This document shows, piece after piece, positions 26,232 through 37,124 of a stretch of DNA of 64,000 nt; the stretch's first letter is position 1, and each line of letters begins with the position of its first letter. This DNA is from Amoebophrya sp. A120 (taxonomy: Eukaryota; Protista; Dinoflagellata): the NCBI GenBank assembly GCA_905178155.1, contig CAJINV010000002.1, forward strand, positions 12,037,621 through 12,101,620, in the 5' to 3' direction. The notes beneath the pieces were generated by a model. The model made no database searches, had not been told where the DNA came from, and worked only from the letters and a program-made list of their open reading frames with translations. Both the position numbers and the translations under genes were made by a program.

Positions 26232-26543
26232 AGAAGTGCCAATGCGCTTGAGCTTGACTCAGTTGTCGTGGAAGTTTTAGTACCCGCAAGCATGGCGCGC
26301 GCGTTGCTTAGTGAAAGGTAAAGATTTTTTTTTTTGCGCGAAGTGATTGAAATGCGCATGATTTGCGTGATCGACATTCTTTATCTTTAATCTGTCAGAA
26401 GAGAAGACATAGCAATTGAAGTCGAACAATTGAATTCTGACAAATCCAAAGAAGAAAATAATCCAGAGAGGAAGATAAAATTAGGAAAATTAGGATCGAT
26501 ATTATATTAGAAAGTTTATATGTCAGTTTAACATTTATGTAGA

Positions 26544-29239
26544 TATTGCCGGGGCGTTCGACTCCGTCCCTCACGTTAAGCTCGTGGAACAATTGCTCCG
26601 ACAAGGGGTAGAGCCGGGACTAGCCAATTACGTATGGCGCTGGCTGCGCCACCGGGCATTTTGCTCCCAAGTCGGTGCCGAGCGATCGCCGTGGTTCCGT
26701 CCCTGCACGGGCATACCCCAAGGGGGGGCCTTGTCCCCCTGGGCTTGGAATTCTCTACTCGCGGGGGCCGCGTCAGAGGTATTGGCGGCTGTTGGGCCCG
26801 GTCTCTGGCTCCGATTCTTTGCCGACGACGGGACGGTGATAATTGACGGGGATAGCCCTGCCGCCTGTGCTGACATCGCGCGGCGCTTCGAGGCCGCCCT
26901 GTCCGCGGCCCTGGTGGCACGCGGGCTACGCCTGGCTCCCTCCAAGATGGAGGCCATGTGGCTGGACCTGCCTCGGGCAGGCATCTTTCAGCGGCCGCAC
27001 GACACCTACGGACGGGTCCGCAAAGATGCAGCGCCGGTGGAGCAACCGCCGCGCGAACTTGCGGCCATCCCCTATCCGACCAAGAACAGCCTAAGGGTGC
27101 TTGGGCTGCTGATCGACCACAGATTCACTATGTGCGACCACCTCGCCCACATCGAGAAAAAGTGTACTCTGCGGTTGTCCATCCTCCGTTCCCTGGCTAA
27201 TCGCCATTGGGGACTGGATGTGGCGACCCTCTCCCAGACCGGGATCTTCCTGATCTCCCATGTCCTTGGTTACGGCATCTCGGTGTACGGTTCGTGCGCC
27301 ACGCAGGCCGCGATGCAAAAACTGAACACGCGCGTGGTCAACCCCGCGGCCAGGCTGGTCCTCGGCACTTCCCGCACCCAGCGTCTAGAGGCGTTGTACA
27401 TGGAAAGCGGCATGCAAAGTGTGTTTAACCTGTACACCGTGAGGCTGGCGTCATTCGTCGACAGGTTGCTCCGCGCGTCGGCCACGCCGCTACGCGAGCG
27501 CGTAGCGGAATCGGTCCCCGGACTCCAATACGCGCATGCGCCGGCCTTGCCAGTGCGTGCTGCGGAAGTCCAGGACCCTGGCGACCTCGCCGCACTACGA
27601 CCTGCATGCCCTCTCACGGCGGCAATAACGTCGTGGACGCATTGGGCCGCCCTCCCGGTAGGGCAACCGCAAGCAGAGATCACCTCGGGACAGGAGCGCC
27701 GCCTGTATCATACATACGCGCCCGAGTTGCAGTCTGAGGCAGAAGCCGACCGCGCCTTTGCTGCTCCCGCGGGGTCGTGTCCGCCTTGGGCGATGGAAGC
27801 GGTCAAAACGCTTGAAAGCGCGGGCTGGAGTCGACATCAGGTGCAGAGGCTCACGGCCTTTCGGCCCCGGTCCGGGGCTTTCCACAGTGTGCACATCCAC
27901 ACGCACGAACTTGCCGGCACCAGGGACGAAGTGCGCTCCCGCTACAAGTACACCGGCTCGTGCGACGGGGCGCACCTCCAGTCCAGTGGGCGAGGGGCCT
28001 CGGCAGCATACCTCCACGGCGCCCGCAGTGCGCGCGTGCTAACAGGCACCTGGGGAGGCAACAAAAGTTCATATCAGGCCGAAGCGGCGGCGCTGATGGA
28101 CCTGCTCGGGCTTGCAATCCAGGCGGCCAACGACGAGCCCACCAGCGGGGTCGACCTTCTCCTCCTGTCGGACGCCCAGTCCGTCCTGGCCAGGGTGAAA
28201 ACATTGCTGCGCTGCGGCGGGCTAGCGACAGATGCGGAGCACGAACTTATCGACCGCCTGCGGCGGGTCGGCGATCTATACAGCTCATTGCGGCTGCAGC
28301 ACGTCTACGCCCACTCGGGCGTATCGCCCAACGTGGCCGTCGACGCCTTCGCAAGCCATGCGTTGGCGGTGGAGCCGACACCGGCGGAGTGGCCTCAGGT
28401 GCAGTCCCTGGAGGACATGAAGGCACAGGCCAAGGCCGCGCTCCACAAGCAGGAGGCCCAGACGATGCAGACGCTGAAACGCGCAGCGCCCTCGGTCAGC
28501 GGGGGCCTTTGCTGTGTCTTCCTCCCTGACCGCGAGGCCTGCAAGAAGATGTTCAAAATAATGAGCAAGGAAGGCGAGCCCCGCAACGTCCAGGTGACGG
28601 CGGCCGGCCTCCTCGGTGCCACCCGGTTCAAACAGCTGACCCCTGCGGGGCTTCTGGGTCGGATGTGCCCCAAGTGCGACCGGGTGGCCGACTCGCCGGA
28701 GCACTTTCTCGAATGTTGCGCCATCTCGGGCCTCGACCGCCTGAGCGAGCCAGCCCGGGCGGCTGGCGAAGCTGTTCAGCTATGTCACGTATGAAACACT
28801 TGCACACCAAGAAGAACGAAAGCGGGAGGCGGCGCAAGAGGCGGCGGCGGGTCTGTCGCAGTGAGCCACCGCCGCCACGCCTTGCGCCCTACGAATAGTT
28901 CTTCCGGCTACAGCCGGATGTTCGTGGAGACGCTCCGGCAGCGCACCTCCCTATGCACCGTAGTCTAATTATTCCGCGTCAGTGCACCTGGTGTGCGCCC
29001 TTCGAATAATGCTGCTATAAGGAACCAGTGCGCGAAGCAGGTCCGCACAATGCGCCCGTTTCCCTTCATGCACGCTGTTCTCCTTCTGCTTCCACTCTTG
29101 ATGTTGTGCGTTGCGTTGAAGGGTCTTGTTACGTCAGGCTCCCACAACAGAGTTGTCAGGCGGATCTTTGCGAGTATAGCATGGTCAAAGAGCGAGCACC
29201 GTCTCTGTTTGAAACAAGAAGCGGATCAAATACAATACA
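26544..29239 (+). mobile_element. 5'-truncated non-LTR retrotransposon (LINE with RNase H)
   Basis: GC-rich insert in AT-rich DNA carrying an RT-RNase H ORF. It ends in a short AATAC-repeat tail and is flanked by the direct repeat ATGTAGA at 26537-26543 and 29240-29246 (candidate TSD). Confidence 0.85.
26545..28794 (+). pseudogene. Truncated ORF2: C-terminal half of reverse transcriptase, RNase H and a Cys/His knuckle
   Basis: (D)IAGAFDSVPH, GIPQGGALSP, FFADDG, LRVLGLLIDHRF. RNase H motifs CDGA, SSYQAEAAAL, LSDAQS, HVYAHSGVSPNVAVD. C-terminal CPKCDRVADSPEHFLECC. No endonuclease domain or natural start. Confidence 0.9.
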
Positions 29240-29357
29240 ATGTAGAAGTCATCAACTGCAATTTTTTTTACGGAATAGACTCTAGTTGTGGTAGGTGTTT
29301 GATGATCAGGAGAGAATTGAATCTGAAATTCGATTTCGAACCACGGAGGATTTTTTG

Positions 29358-30062
29358 AGGGCCTTGAACCTTTGACGCCGGCCATGCCCGGGCATGGAAA
29401 GAAAGAAAGAAAAATCGAAGAGGATATATCATATGAATGCATATATGTTAATGATACACTAATGATAGATCGATGATTCTTCTTGCAAATATATTTTACA
29501 TTTTTCTTTTTTGATCTCTATTATCCCGGGATGAAAATCTTTTGGATGTGTTTCGGAATTTTCCATGGGTCTATCGGATATATTTCGGAGTGAATCTCTT
29601 ATCTTCTGGTCTACCTAAAAATTGAGAATATGGTATATATTGTATCGGACAAGAATAAAAAATCTTTTTCTTTCTTTCTTGCCATGTCTGGGTATGATTC
29701 AAATCATCTCTTAGGCCCGGTCTGAGGATTCTATTTCTAATAAAAAATCATCAATGATGGATATTGAGAGAAATGGAAAATCAAAATCATGATCTATTCT
29801 TTCGCAGAATTTTATTGTTTCATTATCCCAAAGATTTTCCTCATCATGTTTGTTTGTTTGTGGTCATGTGTGAAGGTGGGAATGTGTTTGCATATCTTTT
29901 TTTTCCTCTAGTGTTATTTCAACAAAAAACCTTCGCATGTCCGAAAATCACTCAAAAAACATAAATATATAATTATTTCTCTGAACATCTCTGAAGGCGG
30001 ATCAAGATTCTTTCTTTCTTTCTTACCATGCCTGGACATGATGTCAAATTTCAAGATTCTTC
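29358..30062. repeat. Three dispersed copies (one inverted) of a (TTTC)n-CCATGCCCGGGCATG motif in AT-rich DNA
   Basis: Minus-strand copy at ~29358-29412 keeps the intact palindrome CCATGCCCGGGCATGG. Plus-strand copies at ~29666-29700 (CCATGTCTGGGTATG) and ~30008-30062 (CCATGCCTGGACATG). Confidence 0.7.
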
Positions 30063-30359
30063 TGATGATATCGTCAAGATTCTTCTGATGAATTCCTCTT
30101 CCTCATCATCAATCTCATATGAATCATGGTAATTTTTAATTTTTGGATATTTTCAAATTGATGGTGACAGAGAAGACCTGATGTTAGAATTGAATGAAGG
30201 ATATCTTAGGATATCGAAAAATAAATTGAATGAGAACGAGAAGATTTTCATTTTCCAATCCCAATAGAATTTTAATATATCGATATATGCTTGTAAAATT
30301 ACAAGAAATTATGATATATTATATTAGAGTGGGGTAATCAAATAAAAAAAGAGGGCCGC

Positions 30360-30403
30360 GGGGAACCTCTTGTCCACCCGGCCGGGTGGACAAGAGGTTC
30401 CCC
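30360..30403. other. Perfect 44-bp palindrome (cruciform/hairpin potential)
   Basis: GGGGAACCTCTTGTCCACCCGG is followed directly by its reverse complement CCGGGTGGACAAGAGGTTCCCC. Confidence 0.97.
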
Positions 30404-30925
30404 CTTTCGCACGCTGCCGGAGCGGCCGGCTCGCAGAGGTCCCTCCCCCTCCGCGTCGCCACATCGGATCTCCCAACTCACCACAATTCAACAACATTCA
30501 CATTGAGAATCAATTGAATTGCATCACAACATTGATCATCGATCTGAAATTCATCAAAAAGTCGATGATGATAGAATTCTCTTCCAGGTTCTGAAAGCGA
30601 TCGTGTTGATTGATGTGAGATGGACAAGGAGATGACATCGATCGCAAGCAGAGCCTGCAGATATTTCGTCGAACTCGAAAGTGGAGCCATGTACCTCGTG
30701 CCACTTCCATCGAGTAAAAATTATGAGTGTCGTTAATTGTGTGGTCTCATTCGAAGAGAAGTCGCGAAATTATAAGAGTCTGATCGTTGTGTCGTTAAGT
30801 TTACAGAGCAATAAGTCTATTCATGACGCTACTAGAGAGGGTAAGGATATTCTGCTTTCATCATGTTGTCCGTGTAAAACCTGTGGAGGAACGTTGCCAG
30901 CGTGCGCTTTGTCTTCGCATTTACA

Positions 30926-32743
30926 TTACGTATGCAATTTTCGCAGGCAGATGTCAATAAGTTCCTCATCCCCCAGCGTCCGCAGCATGTGTTGCAGCTG
31001 GCTGCAAGAGAATTCTCGGGTAGCTACTTGCATCAGGTCAAAAGCACTTTCAGGTTGGTACTTTCGAAACAGGGCCTCCAGATTTTGAGACACAATGATT
31101 TCCACATCAATGTTCTCTTTATTCATCTGTTGGTCAGCATCGTAGTACTGCGAGTAGAAACGTTTCCCATTTGCGCCGCTCGTGTTGTCGGTTGTTGTAG
31201 TCGTGAAGAAGGTAGTGCTTGAATTGTCGGTCAGGTTAGCATGATCGAAACAACTAGCGCTGCTCCAAGAATCATCTTCTGCCCCCCCTGTCGCACCGGT
31301 TGGACCGCTCCAGCACGCCTTGCAGTAAACCGCCTCGGTCTCTTCGTCGCGCACGAAGTCGCCCGGTTTCAGGCGCACCTGGTGCCAGGGCAGAGGCTCG
31401 CTGTATGCTGCTCCCGAAGGCGCATAGCTCCTGTCGTCCGGGTCTGTTGCTGTAGGGACTGCAATGCCTGTTTTGGTGCTTCGTCGGCACCAGGTGCAGA
31501 CTAAGTCGTCTTCTGCGATTCCCAACTCAGCGAGTTGCTCTTGATCGAGATCACCAGCTGCATTAGCATTCGTGAATTTTTTCTTCAGCAGCCGACTAGG
31601 CGTCTCGTCGCTTTCCACAAATGCCGCAGCGACATTTTCCGCCGTCCGGTTTAGCTCGTTGTGCTTCGCAATCATCGGGTAGTGCGCTCTGAAGCTGGAG
31701 CTCCGATCATCACCCGCCACACTTCTAGCTGTCCCTCCAGTGTAGTCCTCGCGCCGGTCGCGGTCACCAGGTCGCTGAGCATTCTGGGGCCGGAGGTAGT
31801 ATGGGCGCGCCCAATTTGTGCGGACTCGCTTTGGCTTAATGGGAAATACAGGTGCACCTCCCGCTCCGGACGAAGATGTATTCTTGACGCCCAGCAGGCT
31901 CTGGTTTCTCGGCGAAAAGGATCGGGAAGACGAACTGATACTGTGTCGACTCGTTGGCGTCGCTCCCTCTCTCCGTTCGGAGTGACCTCGTCCAGGCGAG
32001 AGGTACGCATCACGATACGCGAGATCCTCAGCGTGACAGCTGGATCCGGTTCGCTTCCTCACGCCGGTGAGATTAAGATTGACTTGCGGTGGTTCTTGAG
32101 GCTGGCGCAACACCCCATGTGCGTTTTCATAAAGAGAACCAGGGCGATCGAACTGGTCACTATACCGGTTCGCACTTGGCTCTGCGCTCGGCCTACTGCT
32201 GAGAGCTGCTCCTGCTGCACTGCCGTCCGCGTTATAGTGATTATCGAGCCGGAGGTGCTGGGAAAATTTTTGTGCGAGGCTGAGGTCGGTGCCCTCATCG
32301 TCGGGAGTCTGATCCGTTGTCGCTCTCCTTCTTGGGGATATCCCGCCTGTCCTCGCTGCGATCGCCTTTTGCACAACGACGTCAACGGTCGCTTGGCGTT
32401 GCTGAGTAGATGAAGCAGGAGGAGGTGGCTCATAGCTTGATGGTACGCACCCTTTTTTCGTTTCAGCCAGCAGCTCTCGGCTTTGTTCGCCAGAGGGCTC
32501 GGCGTCGTCATCTGCAGCTATTTCGCAAAGCTCCTTGCCAGCGGACAGAAATCGGCGTCGCTCGAGCGGTCGCAGCTGTAGAAAATTTGCTAGCTCTTCG
32601 GTCGCAATCTCGTGCAGGAAACCAGCACCCATGTCACGGCACCAATCTCGCGCCCGGGGGTAATACTGGGTCAGCCTTAGCTCCCCCAGGAACCAATGCA
32701 ATTCGTCGTCGAAGCTATCCATTTTTGGAGAAAACAAAATCAC
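30926..32743 (-). CDS. Hypothetical protein with a SAM-like helical N-terminal domain and a disordered middle
   Basis: 605-aa ORF. The N-terminal LHWFLGELRLTQY...LANFLQLRPLERRRFL resembles a sterile-alpha-motif pattern. CxxC pairs (CTWC, CKAC) lie in the C-terminal third. Confidence 0.65.
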   Translation of the reverse strand: MILFSPKMDSFDDELHWFLGELRLTQYYPRARDWCRDMGAGFLHEIATEELANFLQLRPLERRRFLSAGKELCEIAADDDAEPSGEQSRELLAETKKGCVPSSYEPPPPASSTQQRQATVDVVVQKAIAARTGGISPRRRATTDQTPDDEGTDLSLAQKFSQHLRLDNHYNADGSAAGAALSSRPSAEPSANRYSDQFDRPGSLYENAHGVLRQPQEPPQVNLNLTGVRKRTGSSCHAEDLAYRDAYLSPGRGHSERREGATPTSRHSISSSSRSFSPRNQSLLGVKNTSSSGAGGAPVFPIKPKRVRTNWARPYYLRPQNAQRPGDRDRREDYTGGTARSVAGDDRSSSFRAHYPMIAKHNELNRTAENVAAAFVESDETPSRLLKKKFTNANAAGDLDQEQLAELGIAEDDLVCTWCRRSTKTGIAVPTATDPDDRSYAPSGAAYSEPLPWHQVRLKPGDFVRDEETEAVYCKACWSGPTGATGGAEDDSWSSASCFDHANLTDNSSTTFFTTTTTDNTSGANGKRFYSQYYDADQQMNKENIDVEIIVSQNLEALFRKYQPESAFDLMQVATREFSCSQLQHMLRTLGDEELIDICLRKLHT

Positions 32744-33360
32744 ACATAGCCATCGAGAATATTTCTATATTCGTATGTCTTCATTTTTACGACAAGAATT
32801 ACAACGCCCGAGTGACGTTGATAACAGATGGCCCACTATTCGTGAAAGTATTTGTCTTCTAATAAATAGTGCCGTTTTCTAGCATCCAAAGGCATTCGTT
32901 GTTTCACGGACTTCCTGATGCGTATCCGCCTGTTTGTGAAAGGAACTTCCACAACAAATAGTCAGGCTTCACTAGCATGTTGACATCGCGAGTTCAAACT
33001 GGGTTTTTCCTCCTTCTTCAGGATGATCGAGATGCAATAGAGACTTCACCTTACACAAGGATGTTGTCGCTTTCGTTTCCCTTTCAAAAGAGTGGGAATC
33101 GGATTTCTAACTCAGGAGCAATTTCACTTTCCATTTCGAACAATACGAAGAGTTACTTTTTTCTTTCTTGTTGCACCATAGCGAAAAGTTTTGGAATGAC
33201 CATTTCGATCAGAGAATCATCGTGCTCATCACACATTTAAACAACTTTTATTTCATTCCTTCGTCGCGCAAGACAGAGCGACAGGAACTACACTTTGGCG
33301 GTTGTAGTTTTTTACTCCGCCCTTTTTTTTAATCGTTAGTTGAGTATCATACAGAATTTA

Positions 33361-35056
33361 TTACTTTAGAGGCCCGACCGTGTTGTAGTGGATGGGGCTG
33401 ATGTAGCACAGAAACAATTGTCGTTGTCTTTTCCTACCTTTATTCCGTTCCCTATCTTTAGCTGCGCCAGAACCACTGGATGAAGTCTGTTCTCCGTCGC
33501 TTTTGACATTGTAATGCAGCAAAAAGTTTTCGGCGTCCGTGGTCACGACGGTGATGCCAACGGCGTACGCGTCTGCGCAGGCACGCAGGGTGAGCTCGTC
33601 TCCCCAGGTCCGATCCTTGCGCATCTCCGCCAGGTATTCCCGATACTCGGTGTCTTTCTCGCCAACAAAGGGTGCAAAGTCGTCCGCGTGCTGCTGCATG
33701 TATTTACAAATGATTTCCCGTACGACGGCGTGGTAGCGCTGAGTTCCATACAGTTCGCGGCTCAGGGAGCGAAATTGGCAATTGCCGTCATCCTCCGCCA
33801 AAATCTGCCGCAAATGAAGAAAAGCCAACCGCTCCTGCAATATCTGCCGGCCACCGACGGAGGCGGCTGGCTTGGAGGGCGACGAGGAAGACCCACTGGG
33901 ACTGTGAGCAGTAGGTGTGCCCTGACTGTTTTTGGGCGACGGCGAGGACGACTCTCCGGTTTTCGATTTCACCGCGTTTTTTGCGCGCTGGGCCCAGTGC
34001 AGAAGCTTCGGGCGGAGAAGGAGAAACTGGGCTAAGTCTCCCATTGTCGGTGCCTTGCGCCGCAAACGGGCGAGCATCACGCGGTCGTAGTCGCTTCGGC
34101 GCATCAGGTTCTCCAGCGGCGCTTTACGTACCTCTTCTGCCGATTTTGCGCTGGCGGTTCCGAGCAGTTGCAAAACTTGCACTTCCTTGTACGCGCTCGG
34201 GGAGCTCGATTGCTGCTTGTTCATACCGGTACTGTCCTTTTGCGGTGAGCGAGCGGCTGCGGTACCCGTGGGTTTTTGCGCTTTCGGTTCCACAAAGCCC
34301 TCTCGATGTGGCTCGGCAGCAGGAGCGGTTGCGGGCACCGGAACCACATACGTATTGGCGGTCGGAGCCCTGTCGCTGGAGGTCGTCCCTTGGCCTACGT
34401 GATAGAGACATGTAATTCGTCTACGACGCACGAAACAGGCTGTGGAACTCTCCTAGATACTTAGACTTACATCATTTCAAAAATAAAAATTATTAAATCG
34501 CTAGTGACTGCTGCAACTGCTCTGAGCGGGGAATTTTTCAAAACACTAGAAGATATCAGCAACACGAACCTGTCTGGAGAGCGCGGGCCGGTCCTCCGCG
34601 CTTGGGGCAGACACGGGAGCACGACTCGCGATTGCGCGTTAATGTGAATCCTCGGGTGGTACTGCGATCAACCTGCGGATCCTGCCGAACACTTCCTTCG
34701 GGTCTGCGATCCGCCCGGCCGCCGCCCGCAGGATCGAAGGACGAGTCTTGCTGTAGCCGGTCATTTGAGCGGCTAGAAGTGCCTCCGGTGAGGGAAGAGA
34801 ACCAGGAACTTCGGCTTGTCGAGGATGGGTCTGCACCCGAGAGCCGCGGCCCAGCAGCAGCACGACCCGCCTTGGCGTGCACGTCATTTTCTTGTTGCTC
34901 GTCGTCAAAAAAGTTCTCCTCGTCCTCGCGACTCCAGGCGAGCAAAGCCGCACGGGACTGCTGCGCGTCGTGGTCGAAGCACTGCAACACCTCCTCTAAG
35001 TCCTCCGTTTCCCACCCCGGGAATTCGGTGTGCAGGCTCTGCACCGTTGCCGTCAT
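33361..35056 (-). CDS. OTU-family cysteine protease (deubiquitinase) with N-terminal CUE-like domain; 2 exons
   Basis: OTU motifs DDGNCQFRSLS, WGDELTLRACADAY, YISPIHYN. Exon 1 has LHTEFPGWETEDLEEVL...AALL (CUE FP motif). In-frame GT-AG intron at 34395-34569. Confidence 0.88.
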
Positions 35057-35762
35057 GGTTTAGTACGCCTTTCAACGAGGACCAGGACCACATCGAAGAC
35101 ACGGGCCTAAAAAGAAACATATTACTTAGTGCAAGATGAACGAAATTTCGATCTCCTTGGACGATGATGTGATGCCCTTAGAAATGTCAGTTTGACCTCC
35201 ACCTACAGCTGGACCTGCTACTTCATCTCGCTTCGTAAACATCGCATCGCTCCTCGCTGTCCAAATCATTTACACAGATGACCGTCCGTCCACATTGTCA
35301 AAATCGAAAATTATGGTGGCAGGACTTCATAGATTCGATTTTTTCGTTTCAGATCTAGGGTAGATGTTGATACAGACACGACACACATCTTCTACGTACT
35401 TCCACCGCGATCACCGGCAAGAGGACAGCATCGGGATGCGGGTAAGTACCTAATGAGAGAGTACGAGTAGGAGAAAAAACATAGAGGTAGGGGCAGCGCC
35501 CCACTTCATTATGCATTTCCATATTAAAGCGTTCACGTGCTTCATGATGACCGGCAGTGTCTAGCTTTGCTAGAGATGCCGTGTCTCGTCCGGTTCGTTA
35601 TCTCAAAAGGGAAACAGACAGAAACAAGAAACATTAGTGAGTGACATGTAGACTCCTACAGTCGCAGGCTCAGCCTCAAACCGGAGATGAAAAGTCACGA
35701 CGTTATGAGGCGCTAGTAGCAGTCGGCTACCTTTCGCTTGTCGTTTTTCGTGTGCGATCCCT

Positions 35763-35860
35763 GCGCATTATTGGATGATGTTGCCAGCTGAGTTGCGGTG
35801 AAGAGTTTCCAGTCCGTCGCGGCCCCGACGAGCGAACAGATCGCACGGAAAAACTGTATC
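35763..35860. repeat. Diverged ~95-bp direct repeat of 37032-37122 (5' end of the methyltransferase ORF)
   Basis: CCAGCTGAGTTGCGGTGAAGA.TTTCCAGTC...GACGAGCGAACAGATCG.ACGGAAAAACTGTATC occurs at both sites. Confidence 0.9.
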
Positions 35861-35933
35861 CTCGGTCTGCGAACAATCTTCAACAACATTTCCTTCGACA
35901 CAGTCAGGCACCGCTTCCGTTGTGGCATTTGAT

Positions 35934-37124
35934 TCATTTTTTTGACGCGTCCAAATCCGGCTTCCGGTGTATTGTGCGGATGTGCAACCCACCGTCTCCA
36001 ACCCAGCCGTCTCCAACCCAGCTTTTCACCGGCTCGAAGCCTGCGTCGCGGAAAAGGTTCTCGATTCCTTCCGGCGTCGGGAAGGTGAGATGAAACTGTC
36101 CCCCAAACGTTTTCAAAATGTATTGCCGGTTGTGGTTTGGCACCTCCGAGAAGACCAATCCACCGTGGCGCATCTTCGGATAGAGCTCGCTGCGCAGAAA
36201 ACGAGGAAGGTTTCCCAGATGCTCCAAAACGTGAGAAGACAGAAACAGATCGATAGAGCCGTCCGCGATTTTCCCCGCGTCGTACAACGAAGGGTAAATG
36301 TGCACCGTTTCGCGATCATTTTGCTCGGCTGCTGCGACGCTGCTGCCGTCCTCGCCCTCTCTCGTGCGCACAAGCTGCGCTCCGATGTTCTCCTGCGCTT
36401 TTTCTGGAAACCCAGGAGTGGCCTCGAAGCACTGAATGGAGGCAATGCCCGCGTCGGCAAGCGATCGCTTCGAAGCCGTGCCATCCTCGTTGTTGGTCGG
36501 CTTCTCGTCCTTACCCTGCATGTCCTTCACCAATCGCGCCAGCAGCCACCCCTCGGCACAACCCAGCTCCATTACGTTGCGGAGCTTCGTTCGCGGATCT
36601 CTTCGCTCCTCCCCAACGAGCGCGTCCCGTATGAATTTGCTCTGGCTCACAACTCTCCCGTCATCGATTGACAGTTTCGCTTGGCCATGGTACTCAGTTT
36701 TGTACAACGTAGCCAGCTCCTGCTCAGAGACTTCCGGAAACGTGAACCAATACCCCTTTCCCGGACACTCCCATACACTGCGCGAACACAAAGCGGGCGC
36801 TTTTTCCAAACAGTCCTTGTGCCTCCGCAACTTCCACTTTGACGGGTCCAGGCACGTACGAGAATTGGAAGCAGATTGCAGCTGCAACTGTTGTTGTTCC
36901 GCTTCCGCCTCTCTTTGTCCCCAAGCAGAAGTAGTGTCGTCCTTCGTCGCCGTCTCGTTCTTCCAAGTTTTCCCCGCGTCCGTCGGGCAAGCCGCGCAGT
37001 CACCCGGGTCGACGTTGGCATTTCCGGTCCCGCGCAGTATTCGATGATACCAGCTGAGTTGCGGTGAAGAATTTCCAGTCGCGGCCTCGACGAGCGAACA
37101 GATCGTACGGAAAAACTGTATCAC
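35934..37124 (-). CDS. Class I SAM-dependent methyltransferase (Methyltransf_23-like); start uncertain
   Basis: VMELGCAEGWLL (motif I), IDLFLSSHVLEHL, GGLVFSEVPN, HLTFPT...LFRDAGFE, preceded by FTFPEVSEQELATLYKTEY. Confidence 0.85.
   Translation of the reverse strand: MIQFFRTICSLVEAATGNSSPQLSWYHRILRGTGNANVDPGDCAACPTDAGKTWKNETATKDDTTSAWGQREAEAEQQQLQLQSASNSRTCLDPSKWKLRRHKDCLEKAPALCSRSVWECPGKGYWFTFPEVSEQELATLYKTEYHGQAKLSIDDGRVVSQSKFIRDALVGEERRDPRTKLRNVMELGCAEGWLLARLVKDMQGKDEKPTNNEDGTASKRSLADAGIASIQCFEATPGFPEKAQENIGAQLVRTREGEDGSSVAAAEQNDRETVHIYPSLYDAGKIADGSIDLFLSSHVLEHLGNLPRFLRSELYPKMRHGGLVFSEVPNHNRQYILKTFGGQFHLTFPTPEGIENLFRDAGFEPVKSWVGDGWVGDGGLHIRTIHRKPDLDASKK

Noticed and set aside
26395-26543. 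AT-rich flank as a mutated upstream part of the RT
   Set aside because: It has multiple stops and no RT motifs in frame; the candidate TSD explains the boundary better.
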